Position numbers and translations under genes: made by a program. From a virus: DNA of 64,000 nucleotides. Of the stretch, positions 10,114 through 21,550 are shown piece after piece. How positions within the stretch are numbered: the first letter of the stretch is position 1; each line of letters begins with the position of its first letter. The DNA is taken from IMG/VR virus record IMGVR_UViG_3300048587_000114, positions 3,646 through 67,645 of that record, one strand, 5' to 3'. A model generated the notes under the pieces. It worked only from the letters and a program-made list of their open reading frames with translations, had not been told where the DNA came from and searched no databases.

Positions 10114-13100
10114 ATGGGTCACAGAGTAGCAGAGCTTGAAGTCGTTGTTAATGCCAACGTTGGTCAAGCGCAACGAGAGCTTAATAATCTAAACCGTACC
10201 TTCCACAACATTATTGCTGGTGGTGCGCTCTTGGGTGCCGGTGGCGGACTCGTTGGATGGTTCAAGGATGCCGTAACATCCGGTGCCCAATTTGAGCAAA
10301 CCATGATCCGTGTGCAGCAGCTTGCCACGGGTGCGGAAGTAAGTGTAGACGCACTTACGAAGAAAGCGTTCGCCGTTGACCAAACAACCATTTACTCAGC
10401 ACAGCAAATTGCTGAAGCGATGGAGCAACTTGGTCGTGAAGGATTTACCGGAGAGCAAATCCTTGGCGGTTGGACGGACGCTGCGGTTAACTTCGCAGCG
10501 GTTATTGATGAAGATTTGACACTTGCCACGAACATCTTCGGGCAAGTCGCCCGTGTGTTTAAAGATGAGGGACTAAGCGCGGCAAGAACTGCCGACATTC
10601 TCTCACAGGCGATCCTCCGTTCCGGACGTCCTGCGGCTGAGTTCGCAACTGGTATGCAGTATATCGGTTCCATCGCGGCTCAGTTGGGCGTACCGCTAGA
10701 AGAAACTGCTACATCACTTTCCTACTTGCAGTCACTTGGTATCAAGGGTCGTTCCGCTGGTACCGGTTTGCGAAGCATGTTTACGGAACTTGCGGCGGGA
10801 GCCGATGAGTTCGGTATGAGTCATGGTGTGCAAGCGTTCGATCCCGTAACCGGGAACTTCGTCGGTATGCCGAAGATCATTGACCAATTCAATGAACTGC
10901 TTTCAACTATGTCGAAAGCGGAAGGTTTGTCATTCCTAGAAGATATTTTCGGAAAGCCTGCGTCGTCTCCGTTGTACGCCCTCTTTACCGGTGGAACCGA
11001 AGCCTACGATGAGCACCTTCGAAAGATGGAGGACTTGGGGACGGCTGCGGCATTCATGCGTACATTGATGGATACGATTGGTGGTTCGCTTGACCGCTTC
11101 GAAGCTGCGGCATCGAACGCCATGCGACAGATCGGTGTTATCGGTGGTAACATGATTCGCCCATTCATCGACTTGTTGACCGAGCTACTTGGTGCCTTTG
11201 CAAATGCTCCACGAATCGTTCATATCGCAGCGGCGGCATTCGTTGTACTTACGGGTGCGTTGATGGGGCTTGCCGGAGCAATCATGGTATTCCGAGGACT
11301 CGGAGGGTTTGGTCTGCTCTTTAGCGGTATCGGTATTATGTCCGCAACCTTCCTTGGATTTGTTGCCGTTATTGCCGGAGTCATTGCAGCGTTCGCGTTC
11401 TTCAGTGATGAGTTGGGAGCCGCAAAAGACGCGGTAGCCGACTTCTTTGAGCCTGTGTCTGAACTTATCGACTACCTTAGTCGAATCAATCAAGCGGACA
11501 ATCCCCTTGACTTCCTAATTGCACAGGGGTGGGACGGTCCGTTGCTTACCTTTGCGGAGGGGCTTGGTGATGTGGTCGAAGGGCTGGCCGACCTATGGTA
11601 CTTCATCAGTCGTGGTGATTGGGACCGTTTCATGCGCCGACTACCGGGCGAACTAGAACAAATGTGGAACGGCGTCAAGCTGGCGTTCAGCGTAGTCCCG
11701 GAAATACTTGGATTCACAAGCTGGTCTGATCTTCTTATGGGCGCGTTGGCGTGGACTGGCGAAGAAATTGTGCTACCGATGCTCACGGCGGTAGTTGAGT
11801 TTGGACTATCGCTGGTAAACAAGACAGTTGGGTGGGTTGGTGACCTGTGGAGTTGGATTAAGGGACAAATCTTCGGCGGTCCTGCGGCAACCGTCAACGC
11901 CGACGGGTCGAAAACAGTCAACTACCTGCCGAACGAAGAACGAAATATTCCGTTCGGTACGATCCTTGTAGAAGGTGCCGTTGCTCTCGGAACCGGTTTT
12001 ACGCACATTGCCGGTCGCCTTTGGGAGTGGCTGCAAGAACAATTGATGGGTGGACCAACCTATGGGCCGCCGACAGGAACCCGAAACGGAACGGGTTCCT
12101 TTAACACCGTATTGAGCGAGCCAATTCCGCTCGGAACAGTTATCCTCGAAGCTGCCTTTGAACTAGCCGAAAATGTGTGGGGGGAAGCTGGTAACTTCGC
12201 CGGGTGGGTTGTGTCAAAAATCTCCGAAGTAGGCGACATTTTCATTCCGGTTGAGGGTGCAAAAATCTCACTTGTTAACGCTGTGTTGGAGCTTGACAAC
12301 GCGCAAAATGGCGAAGACGGCGGTGGGCTGTTCGGAAGTATTGGTCGTACTATTGCAGAGGCTATTCCTGACGACCTTAACTTTATTCGAGAAATTGGTA
12401 CTGGCTTCGGGAAGGCGATTGGAAAGGCGATTGCGGCTATTAGCCCAGACGATATGTCTGATCGCGTGGATTGGCAGAACTTCGGTCAAAACATCGGTGC
12501 CTTTATCCGCGATGGTATGTCGTTGATTGCAAAAGCTCCAACCGCGTTGGTATTTGGACTTAGCGAGTTTATCTGGTCCGCAATCTCCGAAATCACCGTT
12601 GAAGACTTGAAAGGTATTGGGGATATTGGTGGCGGTATCATTGCTGCTATTGGTGGGTTCCTTGCCGGGTTGCTTACTGGTAAAGACTCGTCCGAATGGA
12701 GTTTCGGGGAGTTCCAAGCCAAGCTCGGAGAAAAAATCTACGGTGCTATCGGTCGGGCAATCCGATTTGGTGATGGAAGTGGCGGCAAGGGGGGCTTTAC
12801 CGGGCTGTTTGACGATATGGGCAACCAAATTGTCGCACCGGATACGCTATCCGGCTCTATTGCCGACATTGTTATGGAAGAAATTGGCAATGCAATCACG
12901 CGAATTGTTGAAAAAACGGGTGAACTTATTCCGAAGATTTGGGATGGTTTAGAGTTTGCTATTCCGATGATTCCGTTTACGTGGAATGGGCTTGTCACAG
13001 GGGTTGATACCGCTGTTGCGTTTGTTGAGGAACAAATTACTCGGCTTCGAAACAAACTTAAAGAATTGTTCGGATTGCAGGATGAGGTTGGACGGCAAGG

Positions 13101-13995
13101 CGCTGCTGGAAACTTCTTCAATATCCAAAACTACGATCCGCTCAACCCGAATAACCATACCAACGACACAAACACGGTTACGCACTCTCCCGGTGAAGGG
13201 TATGCGATTCCGCAGGGTGCCCCATTCCAAGGCAGCCTAAAACCAGAAGTCAGTGTCACGCTGACTGTGGATGAAACGTCCATGTCGGCGCTTACCCGTG
13301 AAATAGAGTCGAAGGAGTTTAATGCGGAGCTAAAACTCGACGGTATTGATACCGTGATGACTGATTTTGCGGCGGCTTTTGACATGGGACGTGCATGGGA
13401 TTCAAAACAGTTTGAAGCGGATGCACAACTTAATGTTGATGCTGTAATGATTTCAGCAGCAGCGGCATTTGATATTGGGCGTGCATGGGATCAGCAAAAC
13501 TATTGGGGTGATTTTAGCCTAAACGTTGATGCTGTAATGATTGCCGCTGGTGCTGCATTTGATATTGGCCGTGCGTGGGACGGTAAGGTCTTTACTGCAT
13601 CGTTTTCTGTAGATACCAGTGGAATTACGGCTGCGGTTGAAGTTGCTCGACAAGCAGCAGCGGATATTGCCGCTGTGATGCCGCACTCACCGGCGAAGGA
13701 AGGTCCGCTGAAGGAGCCAATTACCTTCGATTATATTGGTGAAAACTTCGGTTCGGTTGCGGATGATATTCGATACAGTGCTGATCGCCTAACATCCGAT
13801 GTTGCAGGACTTCGAAATAGAAATATGGCACCGGTCGATGTTGCTCCATCTCGCACAGGCGGAATGGTAACGAAGAATTACTACTTCGCGGTTACTGGCG
13901 ATGACCTTGCACGTCTGGAACGTCAGTCCCGAGAAGGATCACTCGACGTGGAAACAACAGCCCGTGAACTTGAAATGGCGTTGGGGATGAATTAA
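10114..13995 (+). CDS. Tape measure protein
   Basis: 1293 aa, Ala/Gly rich, TP901-type core (GIKGRSAGTGLR), hydrophobic segment, PHSPAKEGPL C-terminal motif. Confidence 0.92.
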   Translation: MGHRVAELEVVVNANVGQAQRELNNLNRTFHNIIAGGALLGAGGGLVGWFKDAVTSGAQFEQTMIRVQQLATGAEVSVDALTKKAFAVDQTTIYSAQQIAEAMEQLGREGFTGEQILGGWTDAAVNFAAVIDEDLTLATNIFGQVARVFKDEGLSAARTADILSQAILRSGRPAAEFATGMQYIGSIAAQLGVPLEETATSLSYLQSLGIKGRSAGTGLRSMFTELAAGADEFGMSHGVQAFDPVTGNFVGMPKIIDQFNELLSTMSKAEGLSFLEDIFGKPASSPLYALFTGGTEAYDEHLRKMEDLGTAAAFMRTLMDTIGGSLDRFEAAASNAMRQIGVIGGNMIRPFIDLLTELLGAFANAPRIVHIAAAAFVVLTGALMGLAGAIMVFRGLGGFGLLFSGIGIMSATFLGFVAVIAGVIAAFAFFSDELGAAKDAVADFFEPVSELIDYLSRINQADNPLDFLIAQGWDGPLLTFAEGLGDVVEGLADLWYFISRGDWDRFMRRLPGELEQMWNGVKLAFSVVPEILGFTSWSDLLMGALAWTGEEIVLPMLTAVVEFGLSLVNKTVGWVGDLWSWIKGQIFGGPAATVNADGSKTVNYLPNEERNIPFGTILVEGAVALGTGFTHIAGRLWEWLQEQLMGGPTYGPPTGTRNGTGSFNTVLSEPIPLGTVILEAAFELAENVWGEAGNFAGWVVSKISEVGDIFIPVEGAKISLVNAVLELDNAQNGEDGGGLFGSIGRTIAEAIPDDLNFIREIGTGFGKAIGKAIAAISPDDMSDRVDWQNFGQNIGAFIRDGMSLIAKAPTALVFGLSEFIWSAISEITVEDLKGIGDIGGGIIAAIGGFLAGLLTGKDSSEWSFGEFQAKLGEKIYGAIGRAIRFGDGSGGKGGFTGLFDDMGNQIVAPDTLSGSIADIVMEEIGNAITRIVEKTGELIPKIWDGLEFAIPMIPFTWNGLVTGVDTAVAFVEEQITRLRNKLKELFGLQDEVGRQGAAGNFFNIQNYDPLNPNNHTNDTNTVTHSPGEGYAIPQGAPFQGSLKPEVSVTLTVDETSMSALTREIESKEFNAELKLDGIDTVMTDFAAAFDMGRAWDSKQFEADAQLNVDAVMISAAAAFDIGRAWDQQNYWGDFSLNVDAVMIAAGAAFDIGRAWDGKVFTASFSVDTSGITAAVEVARQAAADIAAVMPHSPAKEGPLKEPITFDYIGENFGSVADDIRYSADRLTSDVAGLRNRNMAPVDVAPSRTGGMVTKNYYFAVTGDDLARLERQSREGSLDVETTARELEMALGMN
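13345..13615 (+). repeat. Three 30-aa (90-bp) tandem repeats in tape measure C-terminus
   Basis: D(T/A)VMxxxxAAFD(M/I)GRAWD three times; GTTGATGCTGTAATGATT at 13435 and 13525. Confidence 0.8.
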
Positions 13996-16607
13996 TGGCA
14001 GTTTCAACGGTAACATACGGATACGAAAATACAGGATCAAGTGAGGGGTATGCTGTTCTTTCTGATGGGTATGTACGTGCCTATACGGAAAACGCTGTTA
14101 CATCTCACATGTGGGGGTTCCGTTTCCGTGGACGTCTTGGACGTGTCTCTGGAACGTCCCCGACAATGCGCTACGGACTGTGGCTGGCAAATGCTAGCAA
14201 GGAACCTGACACCCGTGTTGGGTACTCCGAACAGAAAACCGCGTCAACGCCAATGGACTCCGGCTCTACCGGAGCGATCATTGACGCGAACGTTGTGGAA
14301 GCCGATGAGTCTCCTTCGGACACCGCAATTCAGATGTGGTCAGGGAACCGATACTCTATAGGTGCGCTGGTTGATGGGGCCAATGCGAATGTGGGGATGA
14401 TTTTTGCGGGGTCTATTTCCAAAGACTCTGAATTGCTGTACCAGAAAATCGCTGCCACGTCAGGGACAACCCCTCCCGATCCGTTCGGAAGTGCGAGTTC
14501 CGTAACAGCCGGTCATTTGACGATGTGGGTGGAAGCCCACACCAATGAAGCCCCTCGCGTACCGGTTGACCGCTCTCCAAGCGGAACGATTAATACAACA
14601 ACGCCAACCTTTACGTCTACGTTCCGTGATCGAAACGGCACATGGGGTCCGGGTAATGACGGTTACGACGATGGGGATGAAATCAAGCGGTACCGTATTC
14701 AGGTACGCCGTGTGTCCGATGGAGTCATCATGTGGGCACCCGCCGCGTTCTCTGCTTCGACAACGGAGAAAAGCGGGGATAGCACAACGAAACTCTACGC
14801 CGGGTCTACCCTTTCCCGTGGAGTTGCCTACGAATGGCGTATCCAGCATCAGGACATGTTTGATGAGTGGGGTAGTTACTCAGATTGGCTAACTTTCACA
14901 CCGGCAAACAGTGGCTACGTATTTACGAATGCAAGTTCTCCAAGTGGGAAGCAGGAAGTTAACACAGGCATTACCTTTGGCGGGTCATGGACTCACCAGA
15001 GCAGCTTGTCCACAAATGCGGTACAAGTACGTATCAAGGAAAACGGGCTTGTTGTGCAAACGAGTCCAACCATCACAAAAACCGTTGCATCATCGGCCTC
15101 TCCGGGGACTGCATTCACGGTTTCGTGGGCGGATACAACCTTCGCTGATCTGGATTGGGGCCACTCGTATACCTATGAAATCCGAGCGCGGGATACCGCA
15201 AGCGCGTGGTCGGATTGGTCAGACGGACGTGCGTTTAACACGAACGCGGCACCGGCTGTGCCAACAAACCTGTCTCCAACCGGAAGTGCCACCGTATCAA
15301 GCTACCCGCTTTTGACGGCGAATACGTCTGATCCGGACAGTGACGATATTGCGTCAACATTGGTGGTCACAGGGACGATTACACGACCGAACCTAACGAC
15401 GGTTGATGTAACGTTAGCGTATAATTCGACAACTGGAAAGTTTGAATACCAAACTACCGCAACGGAAATCAGTGCTGAAGGAACGTACTCATGGGTTGCC
15501 TATGCGTACGACGGAACGCTGTACTCTGGGGACTCGACAACTTCTGGTGGGGCAACAACATCGGTTTCGTCAACATTCGTCTACACCAATGGTCCGGACG
15601 TTACGATTACATCGCCAACAGAAGCCGAAGTTCTCACAACGATTACTCCTACGGTGTCGTGGTCGGTGTCTGGTGGTACACAGGCGAAGTACCGAATTAA
15701 GATTTATAAAGTTTCAAATGGGCTTATTGTCTATAACTCACTGTTCCAAGTGAGTACCGCAACAAGTCAAGAGATTCCTCCTGCCGAGTTGGAGAACGAA
15801 ACCGACTACACCATGACGGTAGAGATTGAAGATAGCCTTGCGGTTATCGGAACCTCTGAAGTCCGGTCGTTCCGAGTTGAGTTTGATCCTATTCCGGAGA
15901 TTACAAACTTTCAGGCAACCCCTGTGAAGATCGGTACCGATACCGTAGAGTCGGCCATTCGCCTGACATGGGATGCATCCGTAGAGCCTGCTCCGTGGTT
16001 TGTTCGATACATTCTCCGACGCAGCGACTTGGAACGCCCATTGGCGTACATTGATAGCCAATCAACAACGGCGTACACTGATTATCTCCCTGTGTCCGGA
16101 GTCGAATATGAGTATACGATTCGTCAGGTAAACGTTCTGGAAGGGATCAACGTTGCCAGCCCAACCGTTGCGGCTGAAGCATCGGTGAATCTCGACGGCG
16201 TACACCTGTGTAGCGTAGAGAATCCGTCAACGTACCGAACAACACTGTCGTTCGGTGAAGGGCGCAATCATAAGCGTACAAATAATGACACCTTCTATCT
16301 TCCGTGGTCGGCAACCAAGCCGACGACGGTACGTGGAAAGGTGAACTACTGGACAACAACGGCGAAATACAATCTCGTTACAGACCCACGCATCGGAGTG
16401 ACGGCGCTTGTGCGATTGGCCGAGATTGAAGATTTGATCGAAAACGGTGGAACCCTGTGCTACCGCGATGAGCGTGGTCGCAAGCGATTTGTAACTATTG
16501 AGGCGAATGGGTTGGGCGTTGAAGATTTGTTCCCTGAACGATCTGATGTGTCGCTAACCGTTCGTGAAGAAGCCTATGACGAAGGCGTTGTGACGGAAAG
16601 ACTCTAA
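13995..16607 (+). CDS. Minor tail protein with multiple Fn3/Ig-like domains
   Basis: Ser/Thr rich; repeated YEWRIQ / YEIRARD...WSDWS Fn3-type motifs; after tape measure. Confidence 0.75.
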   Translation: MAVSTVTYGYENTGSSEGYAVLSDGYVRAYTENAVTSHMWGFRFRGRLGRVSGTSPTMRYGLWLANASKEPDTRVGYSEQKTASTPMDSGSTGAIIDANVVEADESPSDTAIQMWSGNRYSIGALVDGANANVGMIFAGSISKDSELLYQKIAATSGTTPPDPFGSASSVTAGHLTMWVEAHTNEAPRVPVDRSPSGTINTTTPTFTSTFRDRNGTWGPGNDGYDDGDEIKRYRIQVRRVSDGVIMWAPAAFSASTTEKSGDSTTKLYAGSTLSRGVAYEWRIQHQDMFDEWGSYSDWLTFTPANSGYVFTNASSPSGKQEVNTGITFGGSWTHQSSLSTNAVQVRIKENGLVVQTSPTITKTVASSASPGTAFTVSWADTTFADLDWGHSYTYEIRARDTASAWSDWSDGRAFNTNAAPAVPTNLSPTGSATVSSYPLLTANTSDPDSDDIASTLVVTGTITRPNLTTVDVTLAYNSTTGKFEYQTTATEISAEGTYSWVAYAYDGTLYSGDSTTSGGATTSVSSTFVYTNGPDVTITSPTEAEVLTTITPTVSWSVSGGTQAKYRIKIYKVSNGLIVYNSLFQVSTATSQEIPPAELENETDYTMTVEIEDSLAVIGTSEVRSFRVEFDPIPEITNFQATPVKIGTDTVESAIRLTWDASVEPAPWFVRYILRRSDLERPLAYIDSQSTTAYTDYLPVSGVEYEYTIRQVNVLEGINVASPTVAAEASVNLDGVHLCSVENPSTYRTTLSFGEGRNHKRTNNDTFYLPWSATKPTTVRGKVNYWTTTAKYNLVTDPRIGVTALVRLAEIEDLIENGGTLCYRDERGRKRFVTIEANGLGVEDLFPERSDVSLTVREEAYDEGVVTERL

Positions 16608-17734
16608 TGGCGACTGTTCCTATTGGTGGGCGAGTTACAATTTCATCTGAACTATGGCGCACAGATATTGACGGATTCCCCCTTGAAGATTTGTCTGATT
16701 ACGTTCTCTCCGGATCAGTAGACTGGCACGGGGATCGAAGCGGGGGAACACCAATGGGGTGTTCCTTCCGCCTTTCCGCAACCGATGTTGTACGTCCATA
16801 TGCAGACTTCATCATGCCATATCTTATTTTGGAATACGAAGATGGATCAGACACCATCCGTGAGCCAATGGGGATTTTTGTGGTCATGCCGTTCGGGGAA
16901 GAACACACTCCGGTCACGGGGGAGACAACGATTGAGGGACGTGACCTAACATTCTTGCTTTCCGTATCGAAGTTTACTGACCGAGAAAACTTTGCAGCCG
17001 GAACAAACCTCGTAACAAATGTAACCTCACTGGTGACAGACGTTGGCCTTTCTCGGGTGAGTTTCCCGACAACAACAAAGACACTTGGCAAGGCACGTAG
17101 CTTTAAAGTAGGCACAAGCCGCCTTGAAGCGGCAAATAGTTTTCTTCAACGGCACGGATGGTATAAACTATTCATGGAACGCGACGGTCGTTTGCGATCA
17201 CTCCCGTTCCGAAGCCTGTCTAAAACACAGCCTGCAAAGCTCTACACCGAAGAAAACCTTGTTGATGTACTGAGCGTAGAGACGCCACCGGCTGACAAGT
17301 TTGGGAATGTCGTTATTTTGCAACGAGAACGAACCGACGAATCTACACTCACAGCGATTGCCCGTGAAGATAATCCGGCTGTGCCGTGGTCTACAGCGGC
17401 TCTCGAACGAGAGATTGTCATTGGTCCGGAAACGGTCGATGACGCCGAAGATCAAGAGGCGCTTGATGCACTGGCACAGGAGCGACTGGATAACGCCGGA
17501 GCCTATGAGAAGATCATTACATTCCGAACCATGCCTGATCCCTACCAAGAAATTAACCGAACAGTAGATATTTACTTGCAAGGAGATAAGTCACATCTCA
17601 ACGGTCGCTACCGTTTGCGTGGGTGGAAAGTCGGCTTTACGCCGGAAGTAGCCCTTGTCGATATTGAAGTTACCCGCGTTGCGCGATTTATTTCCGGTAT
17701 TCTTGAACCCGGACAAGGATTGCTACCTGTATGA
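16607..17734 (+). CDS. Minor tail or baseplate hub protein
   Basis: Synteny; EPMGIF...IEGRDLT motif; translational coupling. Confidence 0.65.
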   Translation: MATVPIGGRVTISSELWRTDIDGFPLEDLSDYVLSGSVDWHGDRSGGTPMGCSFRLSATDVVRPYADFIMPYLILEYEDGSDTIREPMGIFVVMPFGEEHTPVTGETTIEGRDLTFLLSVSKFTDRENFAAGTNLVTNVTSLVTDVGLSRVSFPTTTKTLGKARSFKVGTSRLEAANSFLQRHGWYKLFMERDGRLRSLPFRSLSKTQPAKLYTEENLVDVLSVETPPADKFGNVVILQRERTDESTLTAIAREDNPAVPWSTAALEREIVIGPETVDDAEDQEALDALAQERLDNAGAYEKIITFRTMPDPYQEINRTVDIYLQGDKSHLNGRYRLRGWKVGFTPEVALVDIEVTRVARFISGILEPGQGLLPV

Positions 17735-18327
17735 GTTCAACAACTGCTCGACGTCTAGCGAGTGCGATCCGTAGTGCAATCGCCATTGAAATGCTCCCGT
17801 ACGTGGACACATACACAGCGGAAGTTACCGCTGTGTCCGCGTCCGGGGTGCAATTTAAGCGTGCCGGAGAAACTACAGGCAGCACAGAAGTCTATGCTCG
17901 ACTACGATTCCAGCACATCCGAGTAGGCGATCAGGTTGCCGTTATTCAGGTGGGGAAGCATCCGTTCGTCGTCGGTGTTGTGCAGCGTGCTGCATACGGA
18001 ACCCCAACGTATACGCTCAATTCTATTGCGGGGACCGGAGCTACCATGTCCATTGCCGGTTCTGACTATTCCGGTGTGATTACTGTTAACTCCGGCTCTG
18101 CGAGTCTTTCGGCAGGACAGCTTTTCGATTTTACCTTCGTAAATGCATGGGCAAGTACCGAGTACACCGTGGTCCTTCAACCGGCTAGTAATGCAGCCGG
18201 GGATTTACAAGCCCGGTTCAACATTACATCCCGCACGACAACTAAATGGACACTTAACTTAAGAACCGCATTAACTGCGAGTTCAACATATATTTGGCAT
18301 TATCAAATCAGGCCATATGAACCGTAA
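17731..18327 (+). CDS. Minor tail or spike-like protein
   Basis: OB-like N-terminus (RVGDQVAV...FVVG), beta-rich C-terminus. Confidence 0.55.
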   Translation: MSSTTARRLASAIRSAIAIEMLPYVDTYTAEVTAVSASGVQFKRAGETTGSTEVYARLRFQHIRVGDQVAVIQVGKHPFVVGVVQRAAYGTPTYTLNSIAGTGATMSIAGSDYSGVITVNSGSASLSAGQLFDFTFVNAWASTEYTVVLQPASNAAGDLQARFNITSRTTTKWTLNLRTALTASSTYIWHYQIRPYEP

Positions 18328-18390
18328 ATATTGTAAAATATGGCAAGGTGTGTTAGAGTTAGCGTAGTGTTTTTGTTTAGGAAGGAAATC

Positions 18391-19050
18391 ATGCGCGTAC
18401 CTCATACATCCGCCCTTCAGCGACTTGGAAATGTGTCATGGCAGACATGGCGCGGGGTTCTCCAAGAAGCGAACAGCCCTTTGCTTCAAGAGGGCACACT
18501 ACCGTATAATGCGGCACAACCCTACACGGCGCTCTGCCTTGCTTGCATGAAACTTGCGACTCACTTTGGAACGCTTGCTTCAGAAATTACCCGAACCAAG
18601 AACCCTTTCATGCTTCGAAACGAAGGTAGCTTCTCCGGTCTTATGGAGTTTGCTACATGGGAAGAAGCAATTGAGTATTGGAAACGGCACGCGTTCCCAT
18701 CCACAGAAACACATCAGGTTGAAACCCTGTGGGAAATTGTACGCATTGCAGACCTCTATACAACCGCCGATCAAGAGCGTGTGTATGCGGTTTCAGTTCC
18801 AGACTATCTCAATGAGGATGGACAGCCGCTAGAAACAACGTTCTTTCGCTGGTTCGGTGCAATTGATCCAACACGCTATCCGATGACGTATCGCGTTTGG
18901 CGAGAGTGGTGCGAAAGCCGGGGTGTCTATCCGCCCCTTACCGATACCTATAGCCTTGGTAACGGTACTGTGGAGTTTACGTTCTCCAATGGACTCCGCA
19001 TTTACGATAGTGGGGACGCTGCGTACGTGGTTGGGGATGTGCAATATTAG
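18391..19050 (+). CDS. Hypothetical protein, weak glucosaminidase/lysozyme-like similarity
   Basis: KNPFMLR...FATWEEAIEYW resembles GH73-type motif, but no obvious catalytic Glu. Confidence 0.4.
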   Translation: MRVPHTSALQRLGNVSWQTWRGVLQEANSPLLQEGTLPYNAAQPYTALCLACMKLATHFGTLASEITRTKNPFMLRNEGSFSGLMEFATWEEAIEYWKRHAFPSTETHQVETLWEIVRIADLYTTADQERVYAVSVPDYLNEDGQPLETTFFRWFGAIDPTRYPMTYRVWREWCESRGVYPPLTDTYSLGNGTVEFTFSNGLRIYDSGDAAYVVGDVQY

Positions 19051-19115
19051 CTCATTGGGGAGCACATAATTGTACCCGCTCCCCGTGAGAACTAAGGTAA
19101 TAGAGATGCGAAATT

Positions 19116-19322
19116 ATGTTGGACCAACTAACCGACAACATCCCGTGGACTACCGTAAAGCTGGCGTCCGTCGCTGGTTTCCTACGCTTGATCTTCCTTT
19201 GGGTTACGGCCTACCCTCTTTTAGTTATCGAACGCCGGAAGAACAAGGCTCTGGTGGGGGCAATTACTCAACTGGAAGAAATCGTGGACAGGAACAACCG
19301 CCTAGTAGAGCCGAGAGATTAA
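19116..19322 (+). CDS. Small membrane protein in lysis region
   Basis: One hydrophobic helix then coiled tail; overlaps alternative ORF 19070-19510, so gene model is uncertain. Confidence 0.35.
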   Translation: MLDQLTDNIPWTTVKLASVAGFLRLIFLWVTAYPLLVIERRKNKALVGAITQLEEIVDRNNRLVEPRD

Positions 19323-19506
19323 TTTTATTTCTACGCTCGGTAACGGGTGACATTGAAAATGATCCCGAAGTGCAGTATGCTTACCATACCGTAGAGAAAG
19401 CAAAGAAGCTCGACAGCAATATTCGACGGTTGGCAAGCGGCGACGGGAATCCGCTTGAATATGATGTGTTTGGTCATGGGGGCCGCACATTTGTAGGAGA
19501 GCGGAG

Positions 19507-20010
19507 ATGACATGGACGCCCTTCACTAAAGTTAAACAACGAATTAACTCTGTTGTGCAGAGTCAAAATCCGTGGATGCTTCAATGGGGGCGACTCCTAT
19601 TCTGGACGGCTCTCATTAGTATTGCATGGGTAGTAAAACACTTTCACACAGCAACCTACACGGAAGATACCTACATTCTGCTCATTATCGCAACGGCGTT
19701 CTTTCTTGCGTTTCTTATTATGGTTATTGGTACAGCCGTTCGAACCCTTCGTAATCTTTCCCTGATGACTATTTTCCTTGGCGGCTCCGTTCTCTTTGGT
19801 CATGCTGGACTCTCCCGACTCGGATACGTACCTGTAGCGGAAGAACGTCAGCTTGACGTCACACGTACGTTGTTCATTGTTGGCGGATTTGCATTCGTGT
19901 ATAGTGCCGCCAACGTTATCAAAAATTGGGAGTGGACAACACACCATATTATTTGGTCAACGATTATGCTTCTCCTTCTTCTCTCTGTCCTTTCTCTTGC
20001 ATTAATCTAA
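19507..20010 (+). CDS. Multi-pass membrane protein
   Basis: About 5 hydrophobic segments; upstream of endolysin. Confidence 0.7.
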   Translation: MTWTPFTKVKQRINSVVQSQNPWMLQWGRLLFWTALISIAWVVKHFHTATYTEDTYILLIIATAFFLAFLIMVIGTAVRTLRNLSLMTIFLGGSVLFGHAGLSRLGYVPVAEERQLDVTRTLFIVGGFAFVYSAANVIKNWEWTTHHIIWSTIMLLLLLSVLSLALI

Positions 20011-20020
20011 GGATACTCCT

Positions 20021-21550
20021 ATGGCATATACTGTAAACATGCCGACAACCGGAATCAATCACAGCAAGGCAACAAAAGAAGCTGCTCTCGCTCACGCACG
20101 TTCGCGTGGCGCACAGAAGTGGTCTGACGTCGTTGAACTGTTTGATACATTCTGGCTACTCGGACCAAAACTCAACATTCGTCCCGAAGTGCCTTATGGT
20201 CAGTGGTGTGATGAAACCGCAACCGGAACGTCGTGGTACTGGATTAACCATCTCAACCCCGGTGGGCTACGTATCACCTACGCCGGAGAACAGAGCCGAA
20301 CATGGCAGAACGGCACACAGGCCGCTCTTGGCATGCTTCACCGCCTGTGTCTCTACATTCATGGCTCGGTTCCAGAATGGTTTAACTACGCAGAACAGTA
20401 CGATCCAATGCCTGAGAAGGTTGCGGAAGCTGGTTATCTTGGCGTAGCAAAGAAACTGTCCGATCTATCCGGGCGTTGGGCAACTAACCCGAAGTACGCG
20501 GCACAAATTGTTGACCATCTCAATCTTGCATTCCCGACCGGCGCGGATGTTGCCGACCGGGTAACGCCACCAACGACACCGGCTCCGTCTCCGGATGTGC
20601 CGAAGTCTCCGTACCCGGCACCACCTGTGCAAATCTCGTTGATTCCGTACGCGAATGCCAACCGGCCAAAACTTGAAATGCCGTCTCCCTCGTACGTTAC
20701 CGTACACGAAGTGGGGAACATGTCACCCGGTGCCGACGAAGAAATGCACCGACGCTTTACGCATAACGGTGGCGGACCGTCGCAGGTATCGTTCCACTTT
20801 GTTGTCGGACCGACACAAGTAATCCAGTTGCTCCCGCTCGATGAAGCGGCGTGGCACGCCTCTGACGGGTATTACGGGACGGGCAACCGAGACTCGATTG
20901 CTATTGAGACGATCCAGATTGGCGACTTCAACAAGACGCTCTGGAACCTTGCATGGCTTATTAACGAAATCAATACGAACCCGAACCGATTCGCTTCGAA
21001 CCATCGCCGGTCATGGGATATGTCCAACGACCGGATTGTGCAGCACAACACATGGGCACCGGATAAGAAGAACTGCCCTCAGTTCATCCGTGACCGTGGA
21101 TTGTGGCCGACACTGATGCAGCGAGTTGATATTTGGGAAGCCCAAGTAACGGCTCCGGTGGCACCACAATACGCACGCCCTGTGAAATACTTCTGGCTGG
21201 AAAAGGACGAAGCGGCAAAGGGCTTGGACCGGGAAATCAACGACGTACCGGTTCACTACCTGCCACTCGTTTACACAGCCGTTCAGGAAACACCGCGACG
21301 ACAGGCAACCGGAACAAATCGAAAGATTATCGGCCCTCCGATCAAGGTAGGAGAAACGTTCCGTGCCGATTATGTCTATAGAAGCGGTCGTGAGACATTT
21401 GTGTTGACACCACACGGTACGCGGGTAAAGGCGGCTCACCTTCTACCGAAAGTGCAGATTAGCTCCAACCAGAACATCTCTATTCGACGTACGGCTGACG
21501 CTAAAGGTGTCCTTGCCGATCACGCGCACAAGACGGAGGATACCGAATGA
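20021..21550 (+). CDS. Endolysin: glucosaminidase-like domain, Pro linker, Zn amidase (Amidase_2)
   Basis: DETATG/NPGGLR/RWATNPKYA; TVHE, SFHFVV, AWHA, IAIE, QHN...KNCP amidase motifs. Confidence 0.85.
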   Translation: MAYTVNMPTTGINHSKATKEAALAHARSRGAQKWSDVVELFDTFWLLGPKLNIRPEVPYGQWCDETATGTSWYWINHLNPGGLRITYAGEQSRTWQNGTQAALGMLHRLCLYIHGSVPEWFNYAEQYDPMPEKVAEAGYLGVAKKLSDLSGRWATNPKYAAQIVDHLNLAFPTGADVADRVTPPTTPAPSPDVPKSPYPAPPVQISLIPYANANRPKLEMPSPSYVTVHEVGNMSPGADEEMHRRFTHNGGGPSQVSFHFVVGPTQVIQLLPLDEAAWHASDGYYGTGNRDSIAIETIQIGDFNKTLWNLAWLINEINTNPNRFASNHRRSWDMSNDRIVQHNTWAPDKKNCPQFIRDRGLWPTLMQRVDIWEAQVTAPVAPQYARPVKYFWLEKDEAAKGLDREINDVPVHYLPLVYTAVQETPRRQATGTNRKIIGPPIKVGETFRADYVYRSGRETFVLTPHGTRVKAAHLLPKVQISSNQNISIRRTADAKGVLADHAHKTEDTE